Of a stretch of 24,000 bases of DNA, positions 7,908-15,270 are shown in pieces (the first letter of the stretch is position 1; each line of letters opens with the position of its first letter). The notes below the pieces were generated by a model, which did no database searches, was not told the DNA's origin, and saw only the letters and a program-made list of their open reading frames with translations. Origin of the DNA: Burkholderiales bacterium (lineage in GTDB: Bacteria > Pseudomonadota > Gammaproteobacteria > Burkholderiales > Burkholderiaceae_F); assembly GCA_037446035.1 (NCBI GenBank), contig JBBIJJ010000021.1:5954-29953 (forward strand), written 5' to 3'. The position numbers and the translations under genes are program-made.

Positions 7908-9008
7908 GTGGAACGCGTCGACTGCGTCGTCGTCGGCGCCGGCGTGATCGGCCTGGCGGTCGCGCGCGAACTGGCGCGGCGCGGGCGCGAGGTGCTCGTG
8001 CTCGAACGCGCGCACACCATCGGCACCGAAACCAGCTCGCGCAACAGCGAGGTGATCCACGCCGGCATCTACTACCCGCAGCACCTTCTGAAGCGCCGGC
8101 TGTGCGTCGAGGGCAAAGCGCTGCTGTACGACTTCTGCGCCGAATACGGCGTGGCGCATCGCCGCTGCGGCAAGCTGATCGTCGCCACCAGCGACGCGCA
8201 GGCGCCGCAGCTCGCGGCACTAGCCCGGCAGGCCGAGGCCAACGGCGTGCCCGACCTGCGGTTCCTCGCGCCGGCCGAGGTCGCGCGACTCGAACCCGAA
8301 GTGCGTTGTGTGGGTGCACTGCTGTCGCCGTCCAGCGGCATCGTCGACAGCCACGGGCTGATGCTGGCGCTGCAGGGCGACGCCGAGCGGCACGGTGCGC
8401 TGTTCGCGTTCGCCACGCCGGTCGAGGGCGGTGCGGTGCGCGACGACGGCATCGAGCTGCGCACCGGAGGTGCCGCGCCGACCGCGCTCGTCGCGCGCAC
8501 GGTGATCAACAGCGCGGGGCTGGGGGCGCAGGCGCTCGCGCACGCGATCGAAGGCGTGCCGGCCGCGACGATCCCGCCGCTTCATCTGGCCAAGGGCAAC
8601 TATTACACGCTGGCCGGGCGCAATCCGTTTGCGCGGCTCGTCTACCCGATCCCGGAGCCGGGCGGGCTTGGCGTGCACGTGACGATCGATCTCGGCGGGC
8701 AGGCGCGTTTCGGCCCCGACGTCGAATGGATCGATCACATCGACTACGCGGTCGATCCGCGCCGCGCCGACGCGTTCTACGCCGCCGTGCGCAAGTACTG
8801 GCCCGCGCTGCCCGACGGTGCGCTCGCGCCGGGCTACGCCGGCATTCGCCCCAAGGTCGAGCACCCCGGCGGATCGAACACCGACTTCGTGATCCATGAC
8901 GCCGTGACGCACGGCGTGCGCGGGCTCGTCAACCTGTACGGCATCGAGTCACCGGGGCTGACCGCGTCGCTTGCGCTCGCGCGCTACGTATCCGCTCTCG
9001 TTCAGTAG
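7908..9008 (+). CDS. FAD-dependent oxidoreductase, L-2-hydroxyglutarate oxidase/dehydrogenase-like (DAO family)
   Basis: 366-aa ORF with a GTG start. Has the dinucleotide-binding motif [13 protein letters not shown], plus [32 protein letters not shown], and a C-terminal [12 protein letters not shown]. Begins 9 nt after the pat stop. Confidence 0.8.
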   Translation: MERVDCVVVGAGVIGLAVARELARRGREVLVLERAHTIGTETSSRNSEVIHAGIYYPQHLLKRRLCVEGKALLYDFCAEYGVAHRRCGKLIVATSDAQAPQLAALARQAEANGVPDLRFLAPAEVARLEPEVRCVGALLSPSSGIVDSHGLMLALQGDAERHGALFAFATPVEGGAVRDDGIELRTGGAAPTALVARTVINSAGLGAQALAHAIEGVPAATIPPLHLAKGNYYTLAGRNPFARLVYPIPEPGGLGVHVTIDLGGQARFGPDVEWIDHIDYAVDPRRADAFYAAVRKYWPALPDGALAPGYAGIRPKVEHPGGSNTDFVIHDAVTHGVRGLVNLYGIESPGLTASLALARYVSALVQ

Positions 9009-9124
9009 CCCCCATTCGAAAGCAGACGGGGGACTTCAACGGCGCATCGCGCATCGCCGTGGTCCTTGCCGGCCGTACGATCGCTCGCCGATAGAATCGC
9101 CGCCTTCGCCCAGAGCCACTCGCC

Positions 9125-10066
9125 ATGAATCCAGCCGCCGCCGTGCATCGTGTCGTCGTTTTCGTTGCCGCGGCCGCCGCGTTGGCGTTTTCGCCGTGCT
9201 GGGCACAGTCCGCGCGCGCCGATGCCGCGCGCAAGACCGAGGCGGCCGCGCCGCGCGGCTTCGCGTGGGAAGCCGCGAAAGATGGCCGGCGCGTGCTGCT
9301 CGTGGGCACGATCCACGTCGGCCGCACCGCGCCGCCGCCGGCCGACTGCAGCCAGCGCTTCGCCGAGGCCGCGGTGATTGCATTCGAAGCCGACGTGTTC
9401 AACGCGCAGCGGGTCGGCCAGCTCGTGCAGCGGATGGCCACGTATCCGCCGGCGGAGCCCGATCTCAAGTCGCGCCTGCCCGCGCCGCTGCGCCAGCGCG
9501 TCGAGACCCTGCTCGCCCGCTACGGGCTGGACTCGCCGGCCGTGTGGCGGATGAAACCGTGGATGCTCGCCAACACGCTCGTCGTCGTCGAGGCGAGCCG
9601 CCTGGGCTTCAACCCCGCGTACGCGACCGAGGCCGCGCTGTACGAATGGGCGCGAACCTGCGGCAAGGCGATCGTCGAGATCGAAGGGATCGAAAGGCAA
9701 CTCGGAATTTTCGACGGCGCCAGTGCCGAGCTGCAGATCGCCTACCTCGAACAGGCGGTCCGCGGCATCGAAAGCGGCGAAAGCGAGCGCGAAGTGCGGC
9801 GTCTGGTCGCCGCGTGGGAGCGACGCGACGCCGCCGACATCGAGCGCGTGCTGGCGACGATGCGCGCGTCCACGGGTGCGGCCGAGCGCTTCGTCGTCGA
9901 GCAGGTGATCGACGCGCGCCATCCGGCGATGGTCGAGGCGATCGAGCGCTTCGCCGCGAGCGACAGGCTGCATCTGGTCGCGGTCGGATCGCTGCACTAC
10001 TTCGGGCCGAACGGACTGCTCGCGCTGCTGCGCGGGCGCGGCTACACGATCAAACCGCTCGACTGA
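9125..10066 (+). CDS. TraB/GumN family protein (secreted/periplasmic)
   Basis: 313-aa ORF with an N-terminal signal peptide (VVVFVAAAAALAFSPCWAQSARA). Family hallmarks are LLVGTIHVG near the N-terminus and LHLVAVGSLHYFGPNGLL near the C-terminus. Confidence 0.8.
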   Translation: MNPAAAVHRVVVFVAAAAALAFSPCWAQSARADAARKTEAAAPRGFAWEAAKDGRRVLLVGTIHVGRTAPPPADCSQRFAEAAVIAFEADVFNAQRVGQLVQRMATYPPAEPDLKSRLPAPLRQRVETLLARYGLDSPAVWRMKPWMLANTLVVVEASRLGFNPAYATEAALYEWARTCGKAIVEIEGIERQLGIFDGASAELQIAYLEQAVRGIESGESEREVRRLVAAWERRDAADIERVLATMRASTGAAERFVVEQVIDARHPAMVEAIERFAASDRLHLVAVGSLHYFGPNGLLALLRGRGYTIKPLD

Positions 10067-10076
10067 GAAGGGTGGT

Positions 10077-10892
10077 CTACTGCGCGGCCGCGCGTGGCCA
10101 GAACAGGTACGCGTCCATCGCCAGCACGCCGGCGTCCACGCCGGCGTCGATGCGTTCGACGCGCGGCGCTGGGCCCGCGGCCGCGAAGGCGATCGGCAGC
10201 GGCACAAAGTGTTCGTCGCTCGGATGCGCGCGCAGCGCGTGCGGCGCGCGCTCGCGCCAGGCGGCGAGCGCCCCGCGGTCGTCGTCGCGCAACGCGCGGT
10301 CGACCCAGCGCCTGAACTCCTCGACGTACGGCGCGGCCGGCGTGTCGCCCGGCTGCATTCCGTGGCGACGCACGTGCGCGATCCACTCCTGCAGGTTGTG
10401 CGTCAGGTGGCCCGAGCCGACGACCAGCACGCCTTCGTGCGCCAGCGGGGCCAGCGCGGCGCCGAGCCGCAGGTGATGCGCGGCGTCGAGCGACGGTTGC
10501 ACCGAGACCTGCGCCACCGGGACGTCGGCGTGCGGATACATGTGCAGCAGCGGCACCCACGCGCCGTGGTCGAGTCCGCGGCAGCCGTTGCCCGATGCGG
10601 GCAGGCCGGCGGCCTTCAGCAGCTCGAGCGCGCGTTGCGCGGACTCCGGCGTGCCGGGTGCGGGATAGCGCAGCTTGTACAGCTCCGGCGGAAAGCCGCC
10701 GAAGTCGTGGATCGTTTCGGGACGCGCACTCGTCGAGACCATCGGCAACTCGGTCTCCCAGTGCGCCGAAGCGACGAGGATCGCGCGCGGGCGCGGCAGG
10801 CGCTGCGTCAGTTCTGACCAGGCGCGCCCGGCCCGTCCGGCATGCAGCGCGTGCATCGGCGAGCCGTGCGAAACGAACAGCGTCGGCAGCAT
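10077..10892 (-). CDS. class III extradiol ring-cleavage dioxygenase (4,5-DOPA dioxygenase, YgiD-like)
   Basis: 271-aa ORF. MLPTLFVSHGSP, SAHWE, IHDFGGFP..LY...YPAPG, LDHGAWVPL and VGSGHLTHN match the YgiD/LigB-type family. Confidence 0.85.
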   Translation of the reverse strand: MLPTLFVSHGSPMHALHAGRAGRAWSELTQRLPRPRAILVASAHWETELPMVSTSARPETIHDFGGFPPELYKLRYPAPGTPESAQRALELLKAAGLPASGNGCRGLDHGAWVPLLHMYPHADVPVAQVSVQPSLDAAHHLRLGAALAPLAHEGVLVVGSGHLTHNLQEWIAHVRRHGMQPGDTPAAPYVEEFRRWVDRALRDDDRGALAAWRERAPHALRAHPSDEHFVPLPIAFAAAGPAPRVERIDAGVDAGVLAMDAYLFWPRAAAQ

Positions 10893-10931
10893 CGGGTGCG
10901 CCGCGGCGCCGCGGGTGGCGGCGCCGCGCGG

Positions 10932-11546
10932 CTACTTGACGAGGCCTTCGGCCTTCATCGCCTCCTGAACCGCGGGTCGCGCGGCCACGCGGGCGACGTA
11001 CTCATTGAGCACGGGCCACTTGGCCAGATCGATGCCCGTCCACTGGCACCAGTTCAGTACCGTGAACAGATACGCATCGGCGACCGTGAACTGCCGGCCC
11101 ATCAGACAGTCCTTGCCCTTGAGCCCGGCGCTGAGCCAGTCGAACCGGCTCGCGAGCCGGGTGCGTTGCCGCTGCTTGAGGTCGTCGCTCGCGGTCGGAT
11201 CGAACAGCGGCGAGAACTGTTTGTGCAGTTCGGACGTGATGAAGTTGAGCCACTCCTGCAGGCGGTAGCGCTCCAGCGTGCCGTTGGGCGGGGCCAGAGC
11301 CGCGTCGGGTTTGCGATCGGCCAGGTACTGCACGATCGCCGGCCCCTCGGTCAGCCGCTGGCCGTCGTCGAGTTCGAGCACGGGGACGTAGCCCTTGCCG
11401 TTGATCTGCAGAAAGTCGCGGCCGTCCTCGGTCTTCTTCGTCTTGATGTCGACCTTGACGAGCGAGAACGACAGGCCGAGTTCGCGCAACACGATGTGCG
11501 GCGAAAGCGAGCAGGCGGCGGGCGAGTAATACAGTTTCATCGACAA
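10932..11546 (-). CDS. gstA: glutathione S-transferase, beta class (GstA-like)
   Basis: 204-aa ORF. MKLYYSPAACSLSPHIVLRE..., GYVPVLELDDG..LTEGPAIVQYLAD and FTVADAYLFTVLNW are collinear with E. coli GstA as I recall it. GAGGAG SD upstream. Confidence 0.85.
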   Translation of the reverse strand: MSMKLYYSPAACSLSPHIVLRELGLSFSLVKVDIKTKKTEDGRDFLQINGKGYVPVLELDDGQRLTEGPAIVQYLADRKPDAALAPPNGTLERYRLQEWLNFITSELHKQFSPLFDPTASDDLKQRQRTRLASRFDWLSAGLKGKDCLMGRQFTVADAYLFTVLNWCQWTGIDLAKWPVLNEYVARVAARPAVQEAMKAEGLVK

Positions 11547-11604
11547 TCTCCTCGGTGGGGTCGTACGGAATGCGGCGGCATGCAGGCCGCCTCGCGTCAG
11601 GAAC

Positions 11605-12171
11605 CTATTCCTTGATGGCTTCGACGGGCACGTGGATGGTCACCTCGTCGCTCACGTAGGGCGCGTGTTTGCCCATGTTGAAGTCCGAGCGCTTCACGCG
11701 CGTCACGGCATTCGCGCCGCAAGCATCCTTCTTGGCGATCGGGTGCGGCATGCAGTGAAACGAGGTGACGGTGAGCCGCACCGGCCGCGTGATGCCCTTG
11801 ATCGTGAGCTGGCCGTCGGCTTCGACCACGCGGTCACCGTCGAACTTCAGGCGATCCGCCTTGAACGCGATGGTCGGATGCTTGGCGGTGTCGAAGAAGT
11901 CTTCGGCCTGGATGTGTTCGTTGAACAGCGCGTAGCCGGTGTCGACGGACTTGGCGTCGATCGTCACCTCGATCGAACCCGTCCGCGCGGCGCGATCGAG
12001 CACGATCTTGCCGCTCGTCCTGGTAAAGCGATGCGCCTGCGTCGAGTAGCCGAAGTGGCTGTACTCGAAGCGTGGATACGTATGCGCGTTGTCGATCACA
12101 TAGGTCTCGGGCGCCGCCGCGGCGGCGGCCGGCAGCAGTGCCGCGAGGGCGTACAGCAGCGGACTTTTCAT
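11605..12171 (-). CDS. yceI: YceI-family periplasmic (polyisoprenoid-binding-like) protein
   Basis: 188-aa ORF with a signal peptide (MKSPLLYALAALLPAAAAAA). Has the YceI pattern Y.ID..H....F...H.G.S...G.F, plus DFFD..KHP...F and L.G.LTI.G.T.PV. Its ATG overlaps the upstream stop (ATGA at 12168..12171). Confidence 0.85.
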   Translation of the reverse strand: MKSPLLYALAALLPAAAAAAPETYVIDNAHTYPRFEYSHFGYSTQAHRFTRTSGKIVLDRAARTGSIEVTIDAKSVDTGYALFNEHIQAEDFFDTAKHPTIAFKADRLKFDGDRVVEADGQLTIKGITRPVRLTVTSFHCMPHPIAKKDACGANAVTRVKRSDFNMGKHAPYVSDEVTIHVPVEAIKE

Positions 12172-13316
12172 CGCGAGCTTCCTTTCCTGTTGGAAACGGC
12201 GGCCGCAGCGCCGCTGGCGGCCGCGACCAGATAAAAACGGATCTCGACTTCGTCAGCCACGGCGCTCGTGTCGGACCAGGCGCCTTCGCCGATACCGAAT
12301 TGCAGGCGCCGGATCGGAAACGCGCCGCTGAACACTGCACGCTCGCCATCGCGACGCAAGGTCACCGGTGCGCGCACCGGCTGCGTGCGGCCTTTGATCG
12401 TCAGGTCTCCGGCGACCTCGTAGCGGTCGGCGCCGAGCGCGCGCACGGCGGTGGCAACGAAGCGCGCGGTCGGATGATTCTTGGCGTCGAACCAGGGACG
12501 CGTCAGCGCGGTGTCGTTCGCCTCCGCGAGCCCGGTGTCGATGCTGGCGACGTCGATGTCCACCGTCGCGCGCGAGCGCTGCGGCTGCGCCTCGTCGAAC
12601 GCGAACTCGGCGGAGAAGCGCACAAAGCGGCCTTCGATCGGCGCACCCATCGCGCGGTAGGAGAACGTGACACGGCTGCGGTCGGCGAGCAGCCGGTCGT
12701 ATTGCGCGGCGGCCGCAGCACCCGTGGCGAGCATCGCCCCGGCGGTCAGCAACGCGCCGGCAACGACGCGCATCATCGCGCCGCGTCCGGCGCCGGGCAG
12801 CATTCGCCGCAGCACGTCATCACGGTCGACGAAGCGGTGTTTCAGCGCGGCACCGACATGCACGGCCACCAGCGTCGCCAGCGTGAGGTTCAGCCCGAGG
12901 TGCACCCAGCGCAGCACCTCGCCGAGCGCCTCGTCCCGCGGCAGCAAGTCGGGCAGCCGCAGCAAGCCCAGCCAAACGGTCGGCACGCCTTTGGCGGAAC
13001 TCATCAGCCAGCCGGAAAGGGGAACCGCGAGCATCAGCCCATACAAGGCCGCTTGCACGCCGGCGGCGGCGCGGCGCTCCCATGCAGGCAGATGCGGCGG
13101 CAGCGGTGGCGCCGGATGCGCAAGCCGCCACGCCAGGCGTGCGGCGGCGAGCATGAAAACGGTCACGCCGATCCACTTGTGGAAGGCGTACAGCTTGAGC
13201 TTTTGCGGCGTCAACGGCAGGTCCTGCATGTAAAGGCCGAGCGGAAACGCCACGAAGATCAGCAGCGCTACCGCCCAGTGCAGCGCGATCGCGGTGCGCG
13301 TGTACGTCGTCGTCAA
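12168..13316 (-). CDS. cytochrome b561 (CybB-like, 4-TM di-haem) fused in frame to a YceI-like domain
   Basis: Lies in ORF 12168..13412. The N-terminal half has conserved His-containing helices (IALHW, AFHKW, RWVH, VHVGAALKH) and LRRMLP, as in CybB. A signal-peptide-like segment MMRVVAGALLTAGAMLATGAAAAA follows, then a YceI-like domain (V.F......G.F..F, WFDAKNHPTARF, GDLTIKGRTQPV). Start proposed at TTG 13316 because AGGAG lies 6 nt upstream. An internal ATG at 12776 could instead yield a separate YceI protein. Confidence 0.75.
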   Translation of the reverse strand: MTTTYTRTAIALHWAVALLIFVAFPLGLYMQDLPLTPQKLKLYAFHKWIGVTVFMLAAARLAWRLAHPAPPLPPHLPAWERRAAAGVQAALYGLMLAVPLSGWLMSSAKGVPTVWLGLLRLPDLLPRDEALGEVLRWVHLGLNLTLATLVAVHVGAALKHRFVDRDDVLRRMLPGAGRGAMMRVVAGALLTAGAMLATGAAAAAQYDRLLADRSRVTFSYRAMGAPIEGRFVRFSAEFAFDEAQPQRSRATVDIDVASIDTGLAEANDTALTRPWFDAKNHPTARFVATAVRALGADRYEVAGDLTIKGRTQPVRAPVTLRRDGERAVFSGAFPIRRLQFGIGEGAWSDTSAVADEVEIRFYLVAAASGAAAAVSNRKGSSR

Positions 13317-13380
13317 CTGCGGCTCCTGAAAGTGCGGTGTCCCAATGCCACCGGACGCGGCGACGCGCACTGTAGGTCGA

Positions 13381-13438
13381 CCGGAATTCGAGATAAACGG
13401 GCGCCACTGCAAAGAACCGTTGCGGATTCCGGGATAAT
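13381..13438. promoter_or_regulatory. nested inverted repeats plus a -10-like GATAAT in the divergent LysR / cytochrome b561-YceI intergenic region
   Basis: CCGGAAT (13381..13387) pairs with ATTCCGG (13426..13432), and AACGG pairs with CCGTT nested inside. GATAAT at 13433..13438 ends 6 nt before the LysR ATG (13445). On the minus strand, TTTATC-17-TACAGT (13397..13369) is a possible promoter for the b561-YceI gene. Confidence 0.35.
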
Positions 13439-13444
13439 GTCGCG

Positions 13445-14368
13445 ATGGATCGGCTCGTCGCGATACAGGCGTTTGTGCATGTCGTCGAGTCCGGCAACTT
13501 CGTTCGCGCCGCCAAGCGGCTCGGCACGTCGACTTCGACGCTGTCGCGCCAGGTCGCCGAGCTGGAAGCCAGCCTGGGGGCGCGGCTGCTGAACCGCACC
13601 ACGCGCAAGCTGTCGCTGACCGAGGGTGGGCAGGCCTTCTACGAGCGCGCCGTCCAGGTGCTTGCGGATCTGCAGGAGGCCGAGGCGCTCGTCAGCGCCG
13701 CCTCCGCCGCCCCGCGCGGGCTGCTGCGGCTGACCTGCTCGCACGCGATGGGCGTGCAGCGCGTGGCGCCGGCGATCGCGAGCTTCGTGGCGCGTTATCC
13801 CGAAGTGCGTTTCGAGGTTTCCGTGTCCGACCGCATCGTCGATCTGGTCGAAGAGGGCTTCGATCTGGCGATCCGCATCGGGCAGGTCGGCAGCGAACAG
13901 CTCGTCGCGCGCCGGCTCGGCACGATGCGGCTGCTCGCGTGCGCCGCGCCGGCCTACTTGAAGGCGCGCGGCACGCCGCGCGTGCCAGCCGACCTCGCGG
14001 CACATGCGGTGATCACCTATGCGTATTCGCCGAACCCGCGCGTCTGGCGTCTGGTCGATCGAACGGGCCGCCAGGAAGAAGTGCGAGTCGGCGGGCCGCT
14101 GCACTCGAACAGCGGCGATCTTGCGGTCGCCGCCGCGATCGCCGGGCTGGGCATCGTGTTCGAGCCCGATTTCATCGTGGCCCCGGCGCTTGCCGCCGGA
14201 TCGCTCGTGCGCGTGCTGCCCGAGTACAAAAGCGCGCCGGGCGACATCTGGGCCATCTATCCGAGCCGGCGCCACCTGTCGGCCAAGGTGCGGCTGTTCG
14301 TCGATCACTTTGCGCAGCAGTTCGCTGCGTCGGCCGCGGGGAAACCCGCAGCGGCGCGCCGACGCTGA
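13445..14368 (+). CDS. LysR-family transcriptional regulator
   Basis: 307-aa ORF with an N-terminal wHTH (FVHVVESGNFVRAAKRLGTSTSTLSRQVAELEASLGARLLNRTTRKLSLTEGG) and a typical LTTR substrate-binding domain. Divergent from the b561-YceI cluster. Confidence 0.9.
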   Translation: MDRLVAIQAFVHVVESGNFVRAAKRLGTSTSTLSRQVAELEASLGARLLNRTTRKLSLTEGGQAFYERAVQVLADLQEAEALVSAASAAPRGLLRLTCSHAMGVQRVAPAIASFVARYPEVRFEVSVSDRIVDLVEEGFDLAIRIGQVGSEQLVARRLGTMRLLACAAPAYLKARGTPRVPADLAAHAVITYAYSPNPRVWRLVDRTGRQEEVRVGGPLHSNSGDLAVAAAIAGLGIVFEPDFIVAPALAAGSLVRVLPEYKSAPGDIWAIYPSRRHLSAKVRLFVDHFAQQFAASAAGKPAAARRR

Positions 14369-14414
14369 GCGCTTGCGCGTCGCACCAATAGGCGCGGCCC
14401 TCTAGACGTCGCGG

Positions 14415-14456
14415 TTGACGGTCTGCGCGGGCGTAAGAAATAGTACGAACGTTCGT
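14415..14456 (+). promoter_or_regulatory. candidate sigma70 promoter (TTGACG-18-AATAGT) with an abutting 12-bp perfect palindrome ACGAACGTTCGT (putative TetR operator)
   Basis: TTGACG at 14415..14420 and AATAGT at 14439..14444. The palindrome at 14445..14456 is flanked by ATA/TAT, covers the predicted TSS, and lies about 20 nt upstream of the TetR ORF. Confidence 0.4.
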
Positions 14457-14476
14457 CTTATGAGAGGCGAGGGCCG

Positions 14477-15253
14477 GTGCCGCCGCACCGGCCCTCACAG
14501 TTCCCCCGCCGCCCGATGCCGCCGCCGCCCGCTCCTCTGCCCGCGCCTGTCGCCAAAGCCAGGCGCGCCGAAGCGCGCCCGCGCAAAGGCGAGGTCACGC
14601 GCGCGGCGATCGTCGAAGCCGCGCTCGCGCTGGCCCGACGCGACGGGCTCGAAGGGCTGACCATCGGCGTGCTCGCGGAGCAGATGCACATGAGCAAGAG
14701 CGGCGTGTTCGCGCACTTCGGCTCGCGCGAAGAGCTGCAGCTCGCGGTGCTCAAGGAGTACGCCGCGCGCTTCGTCGACCAGGTATTGCGGCCCGCCGTG
14801 CGGCGGCCGCGCGGCCTGCCGCGACTGCGCGCGCTGCTGGAGAACTGGCTCGCGCTGCTGGCACGCGAACTGCAGCAGGGCTGCCTGATGATCTCCGGCG
14901 CGAGCGAATACGACGACCGTCCGGGGCCGCTGCGCACCGCGGTCGTGCAGATCGTCGAAGGCTGGCGGCACGAGCTGCTGCGCGCGATCGAGCAGGCCAA
15001 GGACGAGGGGCACCTGGGGCGCGCGGTCGACGCCGAGCAGCTCGTCTTCGAGATCCACGGGTTGATGCTGGTGCTGCACCAGGATGCGCGGCTGCTCAAT
15101 TCGCCCGACAGCGTCCGGCGCGCGCGCGCCGGACTCGCGCGGCTGCTCGATGCAGCGAAGGCCAACGCGCCGAAACGCCGCGCCGCCGGCGCGGGGTCGA
15201 ACCGATCGCCGGCACGGCACAGCGCGCCGCGCGCAGCGCCACCGATCACGTAG
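14477..15253 (+). CDS. TetR/AcrR-family transcriptional regulator (likely fatty-acid degradation repressor)
   Basis: HTH region TRAAIVEAALALARRDGLEGLTIGVLAEQMHMSKSGVFAHFGSREELQLAVL. GTG 14477 has AGAGG 9 nt upstream. The alternative ATG 14516 would remove part of a Pro-rich N-terminal extension. The stop lies 17 nt before the acyl-CoA dehydrogenase gene. Confidence 0.85.
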   Translation: MPPHRPSQFPRRPMPPPPAPLPAPVAKARRAEARPRKGEVTRAAIVEAALALARRDGLEGLTIGVLAEQMHMSKSGVFAHFGSREELQLAVLKEYAARFVDQVLRPAVRRPRGLPRLRALLENWLALLARELQQGCLMISGASEYDDRPGPLRTAVVQIVEGWRHELLRAIEQAKDEGHLGRAVDAEQLVFEIHGLMLVLHQDARLLNSPDSVRRARAGLARLLDAAKANAPKRRAAGAGSNRSPARHSAPRAAPPIT

Positions 15254-15270
15254 TCGAAAAGGAGACACGT

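Noticed and set aside
4889-8899. Very long ORFs overlapping pat and the flavoprotein gene (1336 aa on + at 4889..8899; 1020 aa on - at 5097..8159).
   Set aside because: Their translations are Arg/Ala/Gly/Pro-rich low-complexity strings with no recognisable motifs. They overlap frames that have clear family signatures. Long spurious ORFs are expected in roughly 68-70% GC DNA because stop codons are rare off-frame.
9009-9040. CCCCC...GGGGG pairing after the flavoprotein stop considered as a terminator or repeat-family member.
   Set aside because: The stem is only 5 bp with a ~16-nt loop and no T-run, which is too weak to call.
12072-13592. The 506-aa plus-strand ORF across the b561-YceI region, and similar ORFs at 2019..3518, 8971..10476 and 9002..10207.
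   Set aside because: These are off-frame or antisense to motif-supported genes with low-complexity Arg/Ala/Gly composition, so they are high-GC artefacts.
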